This document shows, piece by piece, positions 29,482 through 38,165 of a DNA stretch of 57,877 nucleotides (position 1 is the first letter of the stretch; each line of letters starts with the position of its first letter). Both the position numbers and the translations under genes were made by a program. Source of the stretch: Gammaproteobacteria bacterium (GTDB lineage Bacteria > Pseudomonadota > Gammaproteobacteria > UBA4575); NCBI GenBank assembly GCA_029253965.1, contig JAQWYM010000034.1:1-57877 (forward strand). Direction: 5' to 3'. Below the pieces are notes generated by a model, which saw only the letters and a list, made by a program, of their open reading frames with translations, was not told where the DNA came from and made no database searches.

Positions 29482-29604
29482 GGTTAATCTCTCATTATCG
29501 CTGTTTCCAATCCAGCAACTTACATTCGTATTAGCGTCACTGACATGTAGCACGGCATAGGGCTTCAGGGTAGACTAACCCAGAACTTTAATTACATCAT
29601 TTCC

Positions 29605-30339
29605 ATGAAAGCTATCATCCTCAGCGCTGGGCAAGGACGTCGTCTTCTGCCGTATACCAAGTCTACCCCAAAATGCCTACTGGAATTAAGCCAAAAGCCT
29701 TTCATCCAATATCAGATTGATACGCTACTAGGTTTGGGTGTCGATGAGATAGTGGTCGTCGTTGGCTATGCCGCTACTGACGTTGAGCAGGTCTTACGAA
29801 AAAATTATGACTCTAGTCGAGTCCGCACGCTATACAACCCCTTTTATGAAGTTGCCGATAACCTCGCAAGCTGCTGGATGGCGCGTGAGGAATTACACGG
29901 TGAATTCATGATTTTAAATGGTGACACCCTGTTTGAAGCAGCCATCATTGAAAAACTCATCCGTGCCGATAATTATCCAATCACGCTAGCCAGTGATGAA
30001 AAGCCTGCTTATGACGATGATGATATGAAGATCAGCCATCATCAGGGGCGTATTCTCAGAATTGGTAAAAAGCTACCCTTAGAACAGGTCAATGCTGAAT
30101 CAATCGGCGCTATGAAATTTTCTAGCGAGGGTGCAACACTTTTTCGTGACCAAATCTGTCATGACATGCATCAGCCTGAAGCCTTAAGCCGTTGGTATTT
30201 ATCGGTGATTGATGAATTGGCTGCCAGTGGTAATGTCGGAACCATATCGATTCAGGGGCTAGACTGGACTGAACTAGATTTCGTACATGATCTAGAGCTC
30301 GCCAGAGCGATGGTAAGCAAATGGGCAGAGCAAGGCTAA
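29605..30339 (+). CDS. sugar/alcohol-phosphate nucleotidyltransferase (NTP_transferase family)
   Basis: N-terminal signature ILSAGQGRRLLP (GxGxRL). 244 aa, comparable to LicC / inositol-phosphate cytidylyltransferase-type enzymes. Confidence 0.75.
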   Translation: MKAIILSAGQGRRLLPYTKSTPKCLLELSQKPFIQYQIDTLLGLGVDEIVVVVGYAATDVEQVLRKNYDSSRVRTLYNPFYEVADNLASCWMAREELHGEFMILNGDTLFEAAIIEKLIRADNYPITLASDEKPAYDDDDMKISHHQGRILRIGKKLPLEQVNAESIGAMKFSSEGATLFRDQICHDMHQPEALSRWYLSVIDELAASGNVGTISIQGLDWTELDFVHDLELARAMVSKWAEQG

Positions 30340-30349
30340 GGCTAGGCGC

Positions 30350-31123
30350 TTAAAGATAGCGCTGCAGCAGCTCATAATCGGCAACGGAATCAACATCCAC
30401 CGAAATCTCTGGGGCGTCACGCACGATAATTTCTACATGTGCTGCGCTAAGCGTTGATAAATAGGCAGAAGCCTGTGCAAGTGTCATCTTGCCAAACTTA
30501 TACTTGATCAAGTTAATCATCCCTAATTTAGCAATAATCTGTAATGGATTTTTTCGCTTTTCTTCCATCTCTCGCCAGAAGTGCAAGGCCTCTTTACCGG
30601 CATGACTGCGCACCGCAAACAGGCTAGAAAAGCACAGTAAACGCTGCTCGAATGTGTAGGTTGTTTTACGAATGGTGGGTAGCTTTTTTATAATGGACTC
30701 ATGCGGTACTGCAGCCACCACAAAGTCTGCATCACTGTCATCGGCTGCCACACAGTATTCATCAATCGCCTGACTGGTAATAAACGGCACATCACAGGTT
30801 GCTATCAAGCAGGGGTAGCCTTGCCTATGTTGCAAGCCTTTGAGCGCACTTAGACTAGGGCCTTCAGCCTTAGCTAAATAATCAAACTGATACTGTTCGG
30901 CTAGTTCCTGAATACAGGCATGTGGCTGACTAACCTCACTATCCGGGCCAACAATCGTAATATGTCCGATATGCTCAGCTTCTACTAAAGCCGCTATAAC
31001 CCGCGATAGCTGTGTCTGCCCAGAAAAGCGAACGGCAGCTTTGCATGTAACCCCAGCAGCTTGTAACAAGGGATCATTCGGTCCACGGTCTCCTGCGAGA
31101 ACGACTGCATTCCATTTATTCAT
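30350..31123 (-). CDS. MobA-like nucleotidyltransferase family protein
   Basis: 257 aa. NAVVLAGDRG N-terminus and TCDVPF motif, as in MobA/CobY-like NTP transferases. 8-nt overlap with the upstream GNAT-like gene. Confidence 0.55.
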   Translation of the reverse strand: MNKWNAVVLAGDRGPNDPLLQAAGVTCKAAVRFSGQTQLSRVIAALVEAEHIGHITIVGPDSEVSQPHACIQELAEQYQFDYLAKAEGPSLSALKGLQHRQGYPCLIATCDVPFITSQAIDEYCVAADDSDADFVVAAVPHESIIKKLPTIRKTTYTFEQRLLCFSSLFAVRSHAGKEALHFWREMEEKRKNPLQIIAKLGMINLIKYKFGKMTLAQASAYLSTLSAAHVEIIVRDAPEISVDVDSVADYELLQRYL

Positions 31124-32264
31124 CCGGCTTACTCATTAGCTTCTTTTCAAAAACACGGTAGGTTTTATAGCGCTTACCCCCCGTAGATTGCATTACCTTA
31201 TTTAAGCGCTTGTTATCCTCTAAGACCCAAGACATCTCTACCGTATTATAGCCCTTTGCCACAGTCGACAGATGCAGTTCATGCAGCAGCATAAAGGTTA
31301 GCGTTGAACCCATCAGCGAGTTCTGAAACTCTTGCCGTATCCCCATCAAAGCGATACGCCCAGACTTTGCTGGTGCAAAGCGCAGCCGATAAAGCAGCTT
31401 TAAGAAACCAAAGGGAAAGAGCTTACCTTTCAAGTCTCCTATTAGGCTGTTGATGTTAGGAATGTAAGCAACAAAGGCGGCCGCCTTGCCTTCAACTTCA
31501 GCAAATTTGATAAAATCCGTGGGCACAATTTGCATCATCTCTTTACCGATCAAAAGAAATTCTTCCTCAGTAAAAGGGATAAAGCCCCAATTCTTCCGCC
31601 ACGCATCATTAAATAGATCCAGCATTATAAGTAGGTCACGCTTATAGTGCTTACGGTCGAAATCACGCATCACACAGCGCCCTTTGTGTTGACTCAGAAT
31701 ACGTTGCATCGCTGCTGGGAAACTACGATCGGCATCACTCTTCCAAGCATACAAATCTTTAGCTTTTGCGTAACCATTAGCTTCATATAACGCCTGATAG
31801 TAAGGCATCGCATGACCCATCATTGGGAATGGCGGTGTATCAAAACCATCAATCAAACAGCCACTCTCTTGATTAATTGAAAGGCTAAATGGGCCTCGCA
31901 CCTGATCACAACCATTTTCTGATAACCACACTTCAGCTGCAGAAAATAAACATTTGGCAACTTCTACGCCATCAATACAATCAAAATTGCCGATAAAACC
32001 CATCCCTGGCATATCGTGCTGCCAAGCCAACTGATCAACCTGCGCACTGATGCGTCCAATATTCTGACCGTCACGCTTCAATAACCAAAAACGAGCTTTG
32101 GCATGCTTAAAGAAAGGATGTTTGGGGTGTAGTTGAGCTAGACGCTCGACAAGTAGAGGACTAACCCAGTTTGGATCGTCCCGCATGATTTCGGAGGGCA
32201 GTTTTACAAATTCTTTTTTACGTCGTCCATCAGTGTTATCAAACGACTCTAGTTCTATGCTCAA
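31116..32264 (-). CDS. GNAT-fold acyltransferase-like protein (candidate bacterial ceramide synthase)
   Basis: 382 aa. Belongs to a recognisable family (DPNWVSPL...GFIGNFDC...RGPFSLSINQESGCLIDGFDTPP) that is usually annotated GNAT N-acetyltransferase. Its cluster context is with spt/cerR. Confidence 0.45.
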   Translation of the reverse strand: MSIELESFDNTDGRRKKEFVKLPSEIMRDDPNWVSPLLVERLAQLHPKHPFFKHAKARFWLLKRDGQNIGRISAQVDQLAWQHDMPGMGFIGNFDCIDGVEVAKCLFSAAEVWLSENGCDQVRGPFSLSINQESGCLIDGFDTPPFPMMGHAMPYYQALYEANGYAKAKDLYAWKSDADRSFPAAMQRILSQHKGRCVMRDFDRKHYKRDLLIMLDLFNDAWRKNWGFIPFTEEEFLLIGKEMMQIVPTDFIKFAEVEGKAAAFVAYIPNINSLIGDLKGKLFPFGFLKLLYRLRFAPAKSGRIALMGIRQEFQNSLMGSTLTFMLLHELHLSTVAKGYNTVEMSWVLEDNKRLNKVMQSTGGKRYKTYRVFEKKLMSKPDE

Positions 32265-32297
32265 ATTATCTCTCCAAGATAGAGAGATATTGGATCT

Positions 32298-33017
32298 CTA
32301 CCGTTCTTCTTGAGCTTTGCTAATTTGCGCCACCCATGGATACTGACTGATCTCACTATCGGTATAACCCAGATTGAAGACCGTCTCACTTTTCTCGACA
32401 TTATTACCCTTATCGTAATGCGTCCTAAAGACTCTGTCCCAGAAAAAGTTAGTGATCCCATAATTACCCTTTTCATTACGGAAGTGATGCAGTAGATGTA
32501 ATCGCTTCATATTACGCAAGAATTGGCTTTTAGGCGTGTAATGTAGATGTTGGATACAATGACAGTATTCATAAAACATCGTCACTAAAATGCCAGACAC
32601 CGTGCACGCAACCGCACCATAGAAACCTGCAAGAACATAACCTAATGGAATACTAAAGGCTAACACTGTTGGCAGCGTTGTGTACAAAGCGCCAAACAAT
32701 ACGCGTAGATCATTCGGGTCACGATGATGATCGTAATGGATTCGTTTCCATACTTTGGCAAAACCTTCAAAACGATATAAAAAGCGGCTATGCAAAACGT
32801 AGCGATGTAATAAGTACCAAATCAATGGATAAAGGGCAGCTATCAGTAGCACGGGGGCTACTAGAGTCCAGCTAAAAGCATTATTCATGCCCAGCACTAA
32901 AAAGCCAGCCAATGCAATTAGTGCGTAAGCGACAATCGCAGGATACTGAATGTAAGAAACAGTCAGTTCACTTAGAGTCATATCTTGGAGGTGATGTTTT
33001 TTAGATAACCAGAACAT
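32298..33017 (-). CDS. fatty acid hydroxylase / sterol desaturase superfamily di-iron membrane enzyme
   Basis: Histidine boxes HRYVLH, HYDHHRD and HLLHHF. Start moved to the ATG at 33017, because the longer track ORF would overlap the divergent HIT gene. Confidence 0.8.
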   Translation of the reverse strand: MFWLSKKHHLQDMTLSELTVSYIQYPAIVAYALIALAGFLVLGMNNAFSWTLVAPVLLIAALYPLIWYLLHRYVLHSRFLYRFEGFAKVWKRIHYDHHRDPNDLRVLFGALYTTLPTVLAFSIPLGYVLAGFYGAVACTVSGILVTMFYEYCHCIQHLHYTPKSQFLRNMKRLHLLHHFRNEKGNYGITNFFWDRVFRTHYDKGNNVEKSETVFNLGYTDSEISQYPWVAQISKAQEER

Positions 33018-33151
33018 GTGCGTTTGTTTCTCAAGAGTGCTAAATTTTAATCTATAAGAGTATAAGCACCTAGTCGACAAGGTGAAACACCTAATAATGT
33101 GCTTGTACAACAAAAACCCAATGATTTTCAAGTAACCGGTTAGGAATATTT

Positions 33152-33598
33152 GTGAACACGACCCTTGCGAAGTTCGAGTACCCACAATCTGAAATAAAGC
33201 ATTTTGAGCACTGGAGTGTTTTGTTACGACCTAAACAAGTCACCTTAGGCTCTTTAATTCTGATCGAACGAAGTGATGCGACTGCTTTTTCGGAATTAAC
33301 AGACGCTGCAATGACTGAACTCACGACTGTCATCCGTGACATTGAAGTCTGCCTCAAGTCAGCTTTCGACTACGATAAAATTAATTATTTAATGTTGATG
33401 ATGGTCGACCCGCATGTCCATTTCCATATCATTCCTCGTTACAGCTCAAAGCGGAGTTATCAGAATAACGTATTATCTGACCGTTCATGGCCAAAACCTG
33501 CTGATTTAACGGATGATCTTTTATTATCTAGAGAGGAAATGCAGGGTTTAGCTGTTTTTATAAGCGAAAACTGGCCAAAACCTGTGAAAAGAGGCTAA
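33152..33598 (+). CDS. HIT-family nucleotide hydrolase/transferase
   Basis: 148 aa with a GTG start. Histidine-triad motif HVHFHIIPR. Confidence 0.65.
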   Translation: MNTTLAKFEYPQSEIKHFEHWSVLLRPKQVTLGSLILIERSDATAFSELTDAAMTELTTVIRDIEVCLKSAFDYDKINYLMLMMVDPHVHFHIIPRYSSKRSYQNNVLSDRSWPKPADLTDDLLLSREEMQGLAVFISENWPKPVKRG

Positions 33599-33873
33599 AA
33601 GTCCACTTAGTTACGGTAACTTCCCTATATTTCCAGTATAATATGTTTTTATACGTAGTTGTAATCTGAGCTGATTATAGATAACTCACGATATGCGCAA
33701 ACCTCAACTTTTGACGCTTCGAGAATTTTTGTCTATAAAATTAATCATGCTAGACTTAGACAATTAAAAATTGACTGAGTAAATTTTTAATAGTTACGGA
33801 TACAGCGCTGGCTAAGATGCTAAGCGCCTACACACAGATTTAGAACCGAATTGAATACGGACCTCAACAAATT

Positions 33874-35646
33874 ATGACCGTAAAGGCCACACCGACTCAG
33901 AACTCGCTAGCACTCCATACTGACCTCTTTGACAACCTTGCTTCCGCTTTAGATTATGCAGCTCAAGGCGAGACTGGCGCCAATTTTTACGGCAGCCGCG
34001 CTCAGCTCATCGACAGCATCAGTTATAAACGTCTGGCGACAGAATCAAAACAATTAGCGCAAAAATTAATTGCACTCGACTTTGTCGCTGGTGATCGTGT
34101 TGTTATTATTGCTGAGACTAACGCTAATTTCATGCGTGGTTTCTTTGCTTGTCAGTATGCTGGGCTGATTCCTATCCCAGTACCTGTGCCGATTCAATTA
34201 GGTAGCCGTGCCGCTTACGTGCGTAAAACACGCGACCTCTTAATTAGTGCACATGCCACCGCTGTATTCACCCCAGAGACGGTTTTACCGATGGTGAATG
34301 AAGCATGCCAAGATATTGATATGAAATTTGTTGGTGATATCCAACAGTTCCATGAGCAGAGCTTTGATGACTCCATTGAGTTACATCAAGCAGATCCAGA
34401 AGATACCGCATACATCCAGTTCACCTCGGGTAGCACACGCTTCCCTCGTGGTGTTGTGATTGAACAAAAAGCAGTGATGAGTAACTTACAACGCATCATT
34501 AACGATGGCATCAAGATCCGCCGCAGTGATCGACTGATGTCATGGCTTCCGTTCTACCATGACATGGGCCTGGTTGGACAGATGCTAGCACCTGTCGCAT
34601 CTCAAACTTCTGTTGATTATTTAGATACTCGTGATTTTGCTATGCGCCCAAGGCGTTGGCTGGAAATAATGTCACAGAATAAATCCACTATTTCATTCAG
34701 CCCACCCTTTGGCTATGAATTAGTCGAACGCAGGCTGCGTGAAGCTACTTGTAAGGATTATGATCTTAGTAACTGGCGTGTTGCTGGTATTGGTGCTGAA
34801 ACAATTCGCCCTGAACCCATGTTGCGCTTTGCAAAAATTCTATCCAACTGTGGCTTCGATGCAAAAGCATTCTTACCTTGCTACGGCATGGCTGAGTGCA
34901 CACTTGCTGTTAGTTTTGCTGACGTTGATAAACCATTGAATATAATAACGGTTGATGGTGACAAGTTAGCAGAAGAAAATTTGGTAGTTATGGCTGACCC
35001 AGCAGAGAGCACCCGTATTGCTCAATTCATTGATTGCGGCAAAGCGCTACCAGAACACACCATGGAAATTCGTGATCATGAAGGTAACGCACTTGCTGAT
35101 AGCAGCATCGGTGTAATTCATGTTTCAGGCCCTAGCGTTATGTCGCACTACTTTGATAACAGTGAAGAGACTGCACGCACATTACAAAATGGCTGGCTAA
35201 ATACTGGTGATATCGGTTTCATGATCGATGGTAGTGTCTTTATTACAGGGCGAGAAAAAGATCTTATTATTGTAAATGGCCGAAATATTTGGCCTCAAGA
35301 CATCGAAGCTATAGCCGAACAACAGCCAGAAATAAGAACTGGCGATGCACTAGCATTTTCTGCACCCAACTTTGATGGCAACACCACAGTTGTCGTTGTA
35401 GTGCAGTGCCGAGATCGAAATGAAGATAATCGCATCGACCTCATCTCACGTATAGAAACAGCGGTCATAAACGGTGTTGGCGTACGTTGTTTTGTTAAGC
35501 TAGTTGCACCGCACACCCTACCGCGAACCTCTTCAGGCAAATTATCGCGTTCAGCAGCACGTCGTGATTACATGGAACAAAATGGTATTAGTGAAGGTTA
35601 TCTTGCTGAGACTGATAACAACAGCACCGTCAAATCAGCGATCTAA
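33874..35646 (+). CDS. fatty acyl-AMP ligase / acyl-ACP synthetase
   Basis: 590 aa. AMP-binding motifs YIQFTSGSTRFPRGV, WLPFYHDMGL (FAAL-typical), TGD and the C-terminal SSGK. Confidence 0.85.
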   Translation: MTVKATPTQNSLALHTDLFDNLASALDYAAQGETGANFYGSRAQLIDSISYKRLATESKQLAQKLIALDFVAGDRVVIIAETNANFMRGFFACQYAGLIPIPVPVPIQLGSRAAYVRKTRDLLISAHATAVFTPETVLPMVNEACQDIDMKFVGDIQQFHEQSFDDSIELHQADPEDTAYIQFTSGSTRFPRGVVIEQKAVMSNLQRIINDGIKIRRSDRLMSWLPFYHDMGLVGQMLAPVASQTSVDYLDTRDFAMRPRRWLEIMSQNKSTISFSPPFGYELVERRLREATCKDYDLSNWRVAGIGAETIRPEPMLRFAKILSNCGFDAKAFLPCYGMAECTLAVSFADVDKPLNIITVDGDKLAEENLVVMADPAESTRIAQFIDCGKALPEHTMEIRDHEGNALADSSIGVIHVSGPSVMSHYFDNSEETARTLQNGWLNTGDIGFMIDGSVFITGREKDLIIVNGRNIWPQDIEAIAEQQPEIRTGDALAFSAPNFDGNTTVVVVVQCRDRNEDNRIDLISRIETAVINGVGVRCFVKLVAPHTLPRTSSGKLSRSAARRDYMEQNGISEGYLAETDNNSTVKSAI

Positions 35647-35688
35647 TCTTCTGATTAGATCAGAGCTAATAGTCTAATAAGGCCTATT

Positions 35689-36630
35689 GTGAGCACAGCA
35701 GTCACCTCAAATAAGACTGTTGCTCTAACTGGGGCTAGCGGATTTGTCGGTCAATCACTCTTAAAAAAACTAATTGCATCAGGGCATAAAGTTCGTGTCC
35801 TTGTGCGCAACCCAGATACTTTCAAACAGCCCAGACTTCAAACCAGCGATCAGTTGGAAGTCATCCAGGGCAACTTAAAGCCAGGCCCACATCTAGGCCA
35901 ATTACTGCAGGGTGTAGAGGCCTTAATACACTGTGCTGGTCGCGTACGTGGGCAGTGCTATAGTGAATTTGAGGAAGATAATGTTCACGGTACAATGGCA
36001 CTCATTGATGCCTGTAAGCAGTCTCCAGCGAGCATTCATTTTATTCAGATATCCTCTCTAGCGAGTCGTCAACCCCAGCTGTCGCATTATTCAAAAAGCA
36101 AATATGAGGCCGAGCAATATCTGCAAAAAAACCACCTTGGCCGATGGAGCATTATCAGACCCCCCGCTATTTATGGTGGTGATGAACAAGAAATGAGACC
36201 ACTATTTGATTGGATGCAGAGAGGCCTGTTATGGCTGCCCTGTAATGCAAATAATCGCTTTTCATTAATCCATATCAATGACCTAGCAGAACTCATAGTT
36301 AGCCATAGCTTAGAGCAGCTCAGTCTGCATAAGATTATTGAGCCAGATGATGGTCATGAGAATGGTTATTCTTGGTATGAAATTCATACTATTGGCAGTT
36401 CTGTATTTAAGCGTAAAATTCATTTACTAGCCCTGCCTCCACTATTGCTTGAAACCGCCGCTAGAGTTAATGTGGTAATCTGTCGTTTATTAGGTAAAAG
36501 CCCTATGCTGACGCCAGAAAAGCTCTCTGAACTGAGGTTTCCCAACTGGGTTGCAGCAGCAGAACTGGCCGCAGAGAACTGGATTGCAGTGATACCCTTG
36601 AATAAGGGCATCCTCTCCATATACAAGTGA
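35689..36630 (+). CDS. NAD(P)-dependent epimerase/dehydratase-family reductase (candidate ceramide reductase CerR)
   Basis: GTG start. Rossmann motif TGASGFVG and catalytic YSKSK (YxxxK). Sits between the FAAL and ACP-spt genes, as in the Caulobacter module. Confidence 0.7.
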   Translation: MSTAVTSNKTVALTGASGFVGQSLLKKLIASGHKVRVLVRNPDTFKQPRLQTSDQLEVIQGNLKPGPHLGQLLQGVEALIHCAGRVRGQCYSEFEEDNVHGTMALIDACKQSPASIHFIQISSLASRQPQLSHYSKSKYEAEQYLQKNHLGRWSIIRPPAIYGGDEQEMRPLFDWMQRGLLWLPCNANNRFSLIHINDLAELIVSHSLEQLSLHKIIEPDDGHENGYSWYEIHTIGSSVFKRKIHLLALPPLLLETAARVNVVICRLLGKSPMLTPEKLSELRFPNWVAAAELAAENWIAVIPLNKGILSIYK

Positions 36631-36663
36631 TATACAGCCAAAGAAATAATTGAAGAGAAACAC

Positions 36664-36915
36664 ATGCCCTCAGCCGAAAATAAAACACTAGCCGCCGTGA
36701 TTGAGATCCTGAGTCCTTTTGCCCCTGAAAATATTACAGTTACACCTCAGTCGACACTAATGAAAGACTTAGAACTTGATTCGGTTAAGGTCATGGAATT
36801 GATGATGAATCTTGAAGATCATTTTGATATATCAATTCCATTGAATGTTTTACCTGAGGTTAATGACATCCAAGATCTTGTTAATGAAATCGACAAAATC
36901 ATAGGCACAGTTTAG
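36664..36915 (+). CDS. dedicated acyl carrier protein
   Basis: 83 aa. LELDSVKVMEL contains the phosphopantetheine-serine motif (DSx). Confidence 0.85.
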   Translation: MPSAENKTLAAVIEILSPFAPENITVTPQSTLMKDLELDSVKVMELMMNLEDHFDISIPLNVLPEVNDIQDLVNEIDKIIGTV

Positions 36916-36917
36916 TT

Positions 36918-38120
36918 ATGAGTATCATGCAAAAGTTGAGTTCTATTGCTGAACAAACCTCCGGCTTAATCAACGAAAGTGGCAGCCCAATTGGCTCAAG
37001 AATTGAACGTGTTTATTCCGCCACAGAAGGTGACATTGGTGGCAGTAAAAAGATTCTCGTTGGAACTAATAATTATCTCGGTCTAACTTTTGATAAAGAG
37101 TGTATTGCGGCAGGACATGAGGCGGCATGCCAATACGGAACCGGTACAACCGGATCACGCATGGCCAACGGCTCTTATGCTGAGCATCTAGCCTTAGAAA
37201 GTGACTTGGCTGAATTCTATGGCGTTGAGCATTGCATCGTCTTTTCAACCGGTTATGTTGCCAATCTTGGCATGATCTGTTCATTAGTTGGCCCAGAGAA
37301 CACTATTTTTCTAGATGAGCATTGTCATGCCTCTATCTATGATGGCTGTAAGCTCAGTGGCGCTACCATCATTCATTTTCGACATAATAATGCCGCTGAT
37401 CTCGACAAGCGCCTGCGTCGTCTAGGGGATAATAGTGCTAACGCATTAATCATCACTGAAGGCCTCTACAGCATGCTTGGTGACAAGGCTGCCCTCCGTG
37501 AGATTGTTGAAGTTAAGAACAAATATGATGCCTTGCTTATGCTCGATGAGGCGCATTCACTAGGCGTTTTAGGCGCCACCGGCAGAGGCCTCGCTGAAGA
37601 GCTTGGCGTTGAAGATGACATTGATTTCATCACCGGTACTTTTAGTAAGAGTCTAGCGGGCCTTGGTGGCTTCTGTGTCAGCCGTCATTCTCAACTAGAA
37701 GCGGTTCGCTTCTCAAGCCGTCCTTATGTCTTCACGGCCTCACCATCACCGGCGACTATAGGCTCCGTTCGTGCAGCCCTACGCGTCATGCAAGCACGCC
37801 CCGAATTACAAAAGAAGTTATGGGACAACGCTACATTTTTGTACCATGGCTTAAAGGCCATGGGCTTCGAATTAGGCCCAGAAATTGGACCCGTAATAGC
37901 GGTTGATGCCGGAGAAAAAGAGAACGCCCTATTCATGTGGCAAGCCTTATTTGACCAAGGTGTTTACGTCAATGTGGTGTTTCCACCAGCAACTCCTAAC
38001 AGCAGCTGTTTACTACGTTGCAGTGTTAGCGCTGCGCATAGCCGTGAGCAGATGCAAGCTGTGCTCGATGCCTTCACTCAATTCAAACAACTTCAGTCCG
38101 TTACTGCAGCTCAGGCATAA
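36918..38120 (+). CDS. spt: alpha-oxoamine synthase, serine palmitoyltransferase type
   Basis: 400 aa. NNYLGL and GTGTTGSRMANG motifs, and the PLP-lysine motif GTFSKSLAGLGGF, which resembles Sphingomonas Spt rather than BioF or Kbl. 2-nt gap after the ACP gene. Confidence 0.75.
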   Translation: MSIMQKLSSIAEQTSGLINESGSPIGSRIERVYSATEGDIGGSKKILVGTNNYLGLTFDKECIAAGHEAACQYGTGTTGSRMANGSYAEHLALESDLAEFYGVEHCIVFSTGYVANLGMICSLVGPENTIFLDEHCHASIYDGCKLSGATIIHFRHNNAADLDKRLRRLGDNSANALIITEGLYSMLGDKAALREIVEVKNKYDALLMLDEAHSLGVLGATGRGLAEELGVEDDIDFITGTFSKSLAGLGGFCVSRHSQLEAVRFSSRPYVFTASPSPATIGSVRAALRVMQARPELQKKLWDNATFLYHGLKAMGFELGPEIGPVIAVDAGEKENALFMWQALFDQGVYVNVVFPPATPNSSCLLRCSVSAAHSREQMQAVLDAFTQFKQLQSVTAAQA

Positions 38121-38139
38121 AGCGCTGAGCTAGGCTTAA

Positions 38140-38165
38140 CCTCCCTATTATCAGCCATAGGGAGG
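38140..38165. terminator. 9-bp perfect hairpin between convergent spt and GT2 genes (no U-tract)
   Basis: CCTCCCTAT (38140-38148) pairs with ATAGGGAGG (38157-38165). The 3' arm overlaps the last GT2 codons. Confidence 0.3.

Noticed and set aside
32261-33357. Track ORFs 32261-32476, 32310-32495, 32669-32875 and 33091-33357, and the long 5' extension of the hydroxylase ORF to 33185
   Set aside because: All overlap better-supported genes (GNAT-like, hydroxylase, HIT) in other frames or strands. The hydroxylase extension has no family similarity and would overlap the divergent HIT gene.
36918-38120. Alternative reading of the oxoamine synthase as BioF, Kbl or a CqsA-type autoinducer synthase
   Set aside because: No bio genes or tdh are nearby. 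A dedicated ACP, an acyl-AMP ligase and an SDR reductase are adjacent in the same arrangement as known spt clusters, and the PLP-lysine motif is GTFSKS as in Spt. Still needs phylogenetic confirmation.
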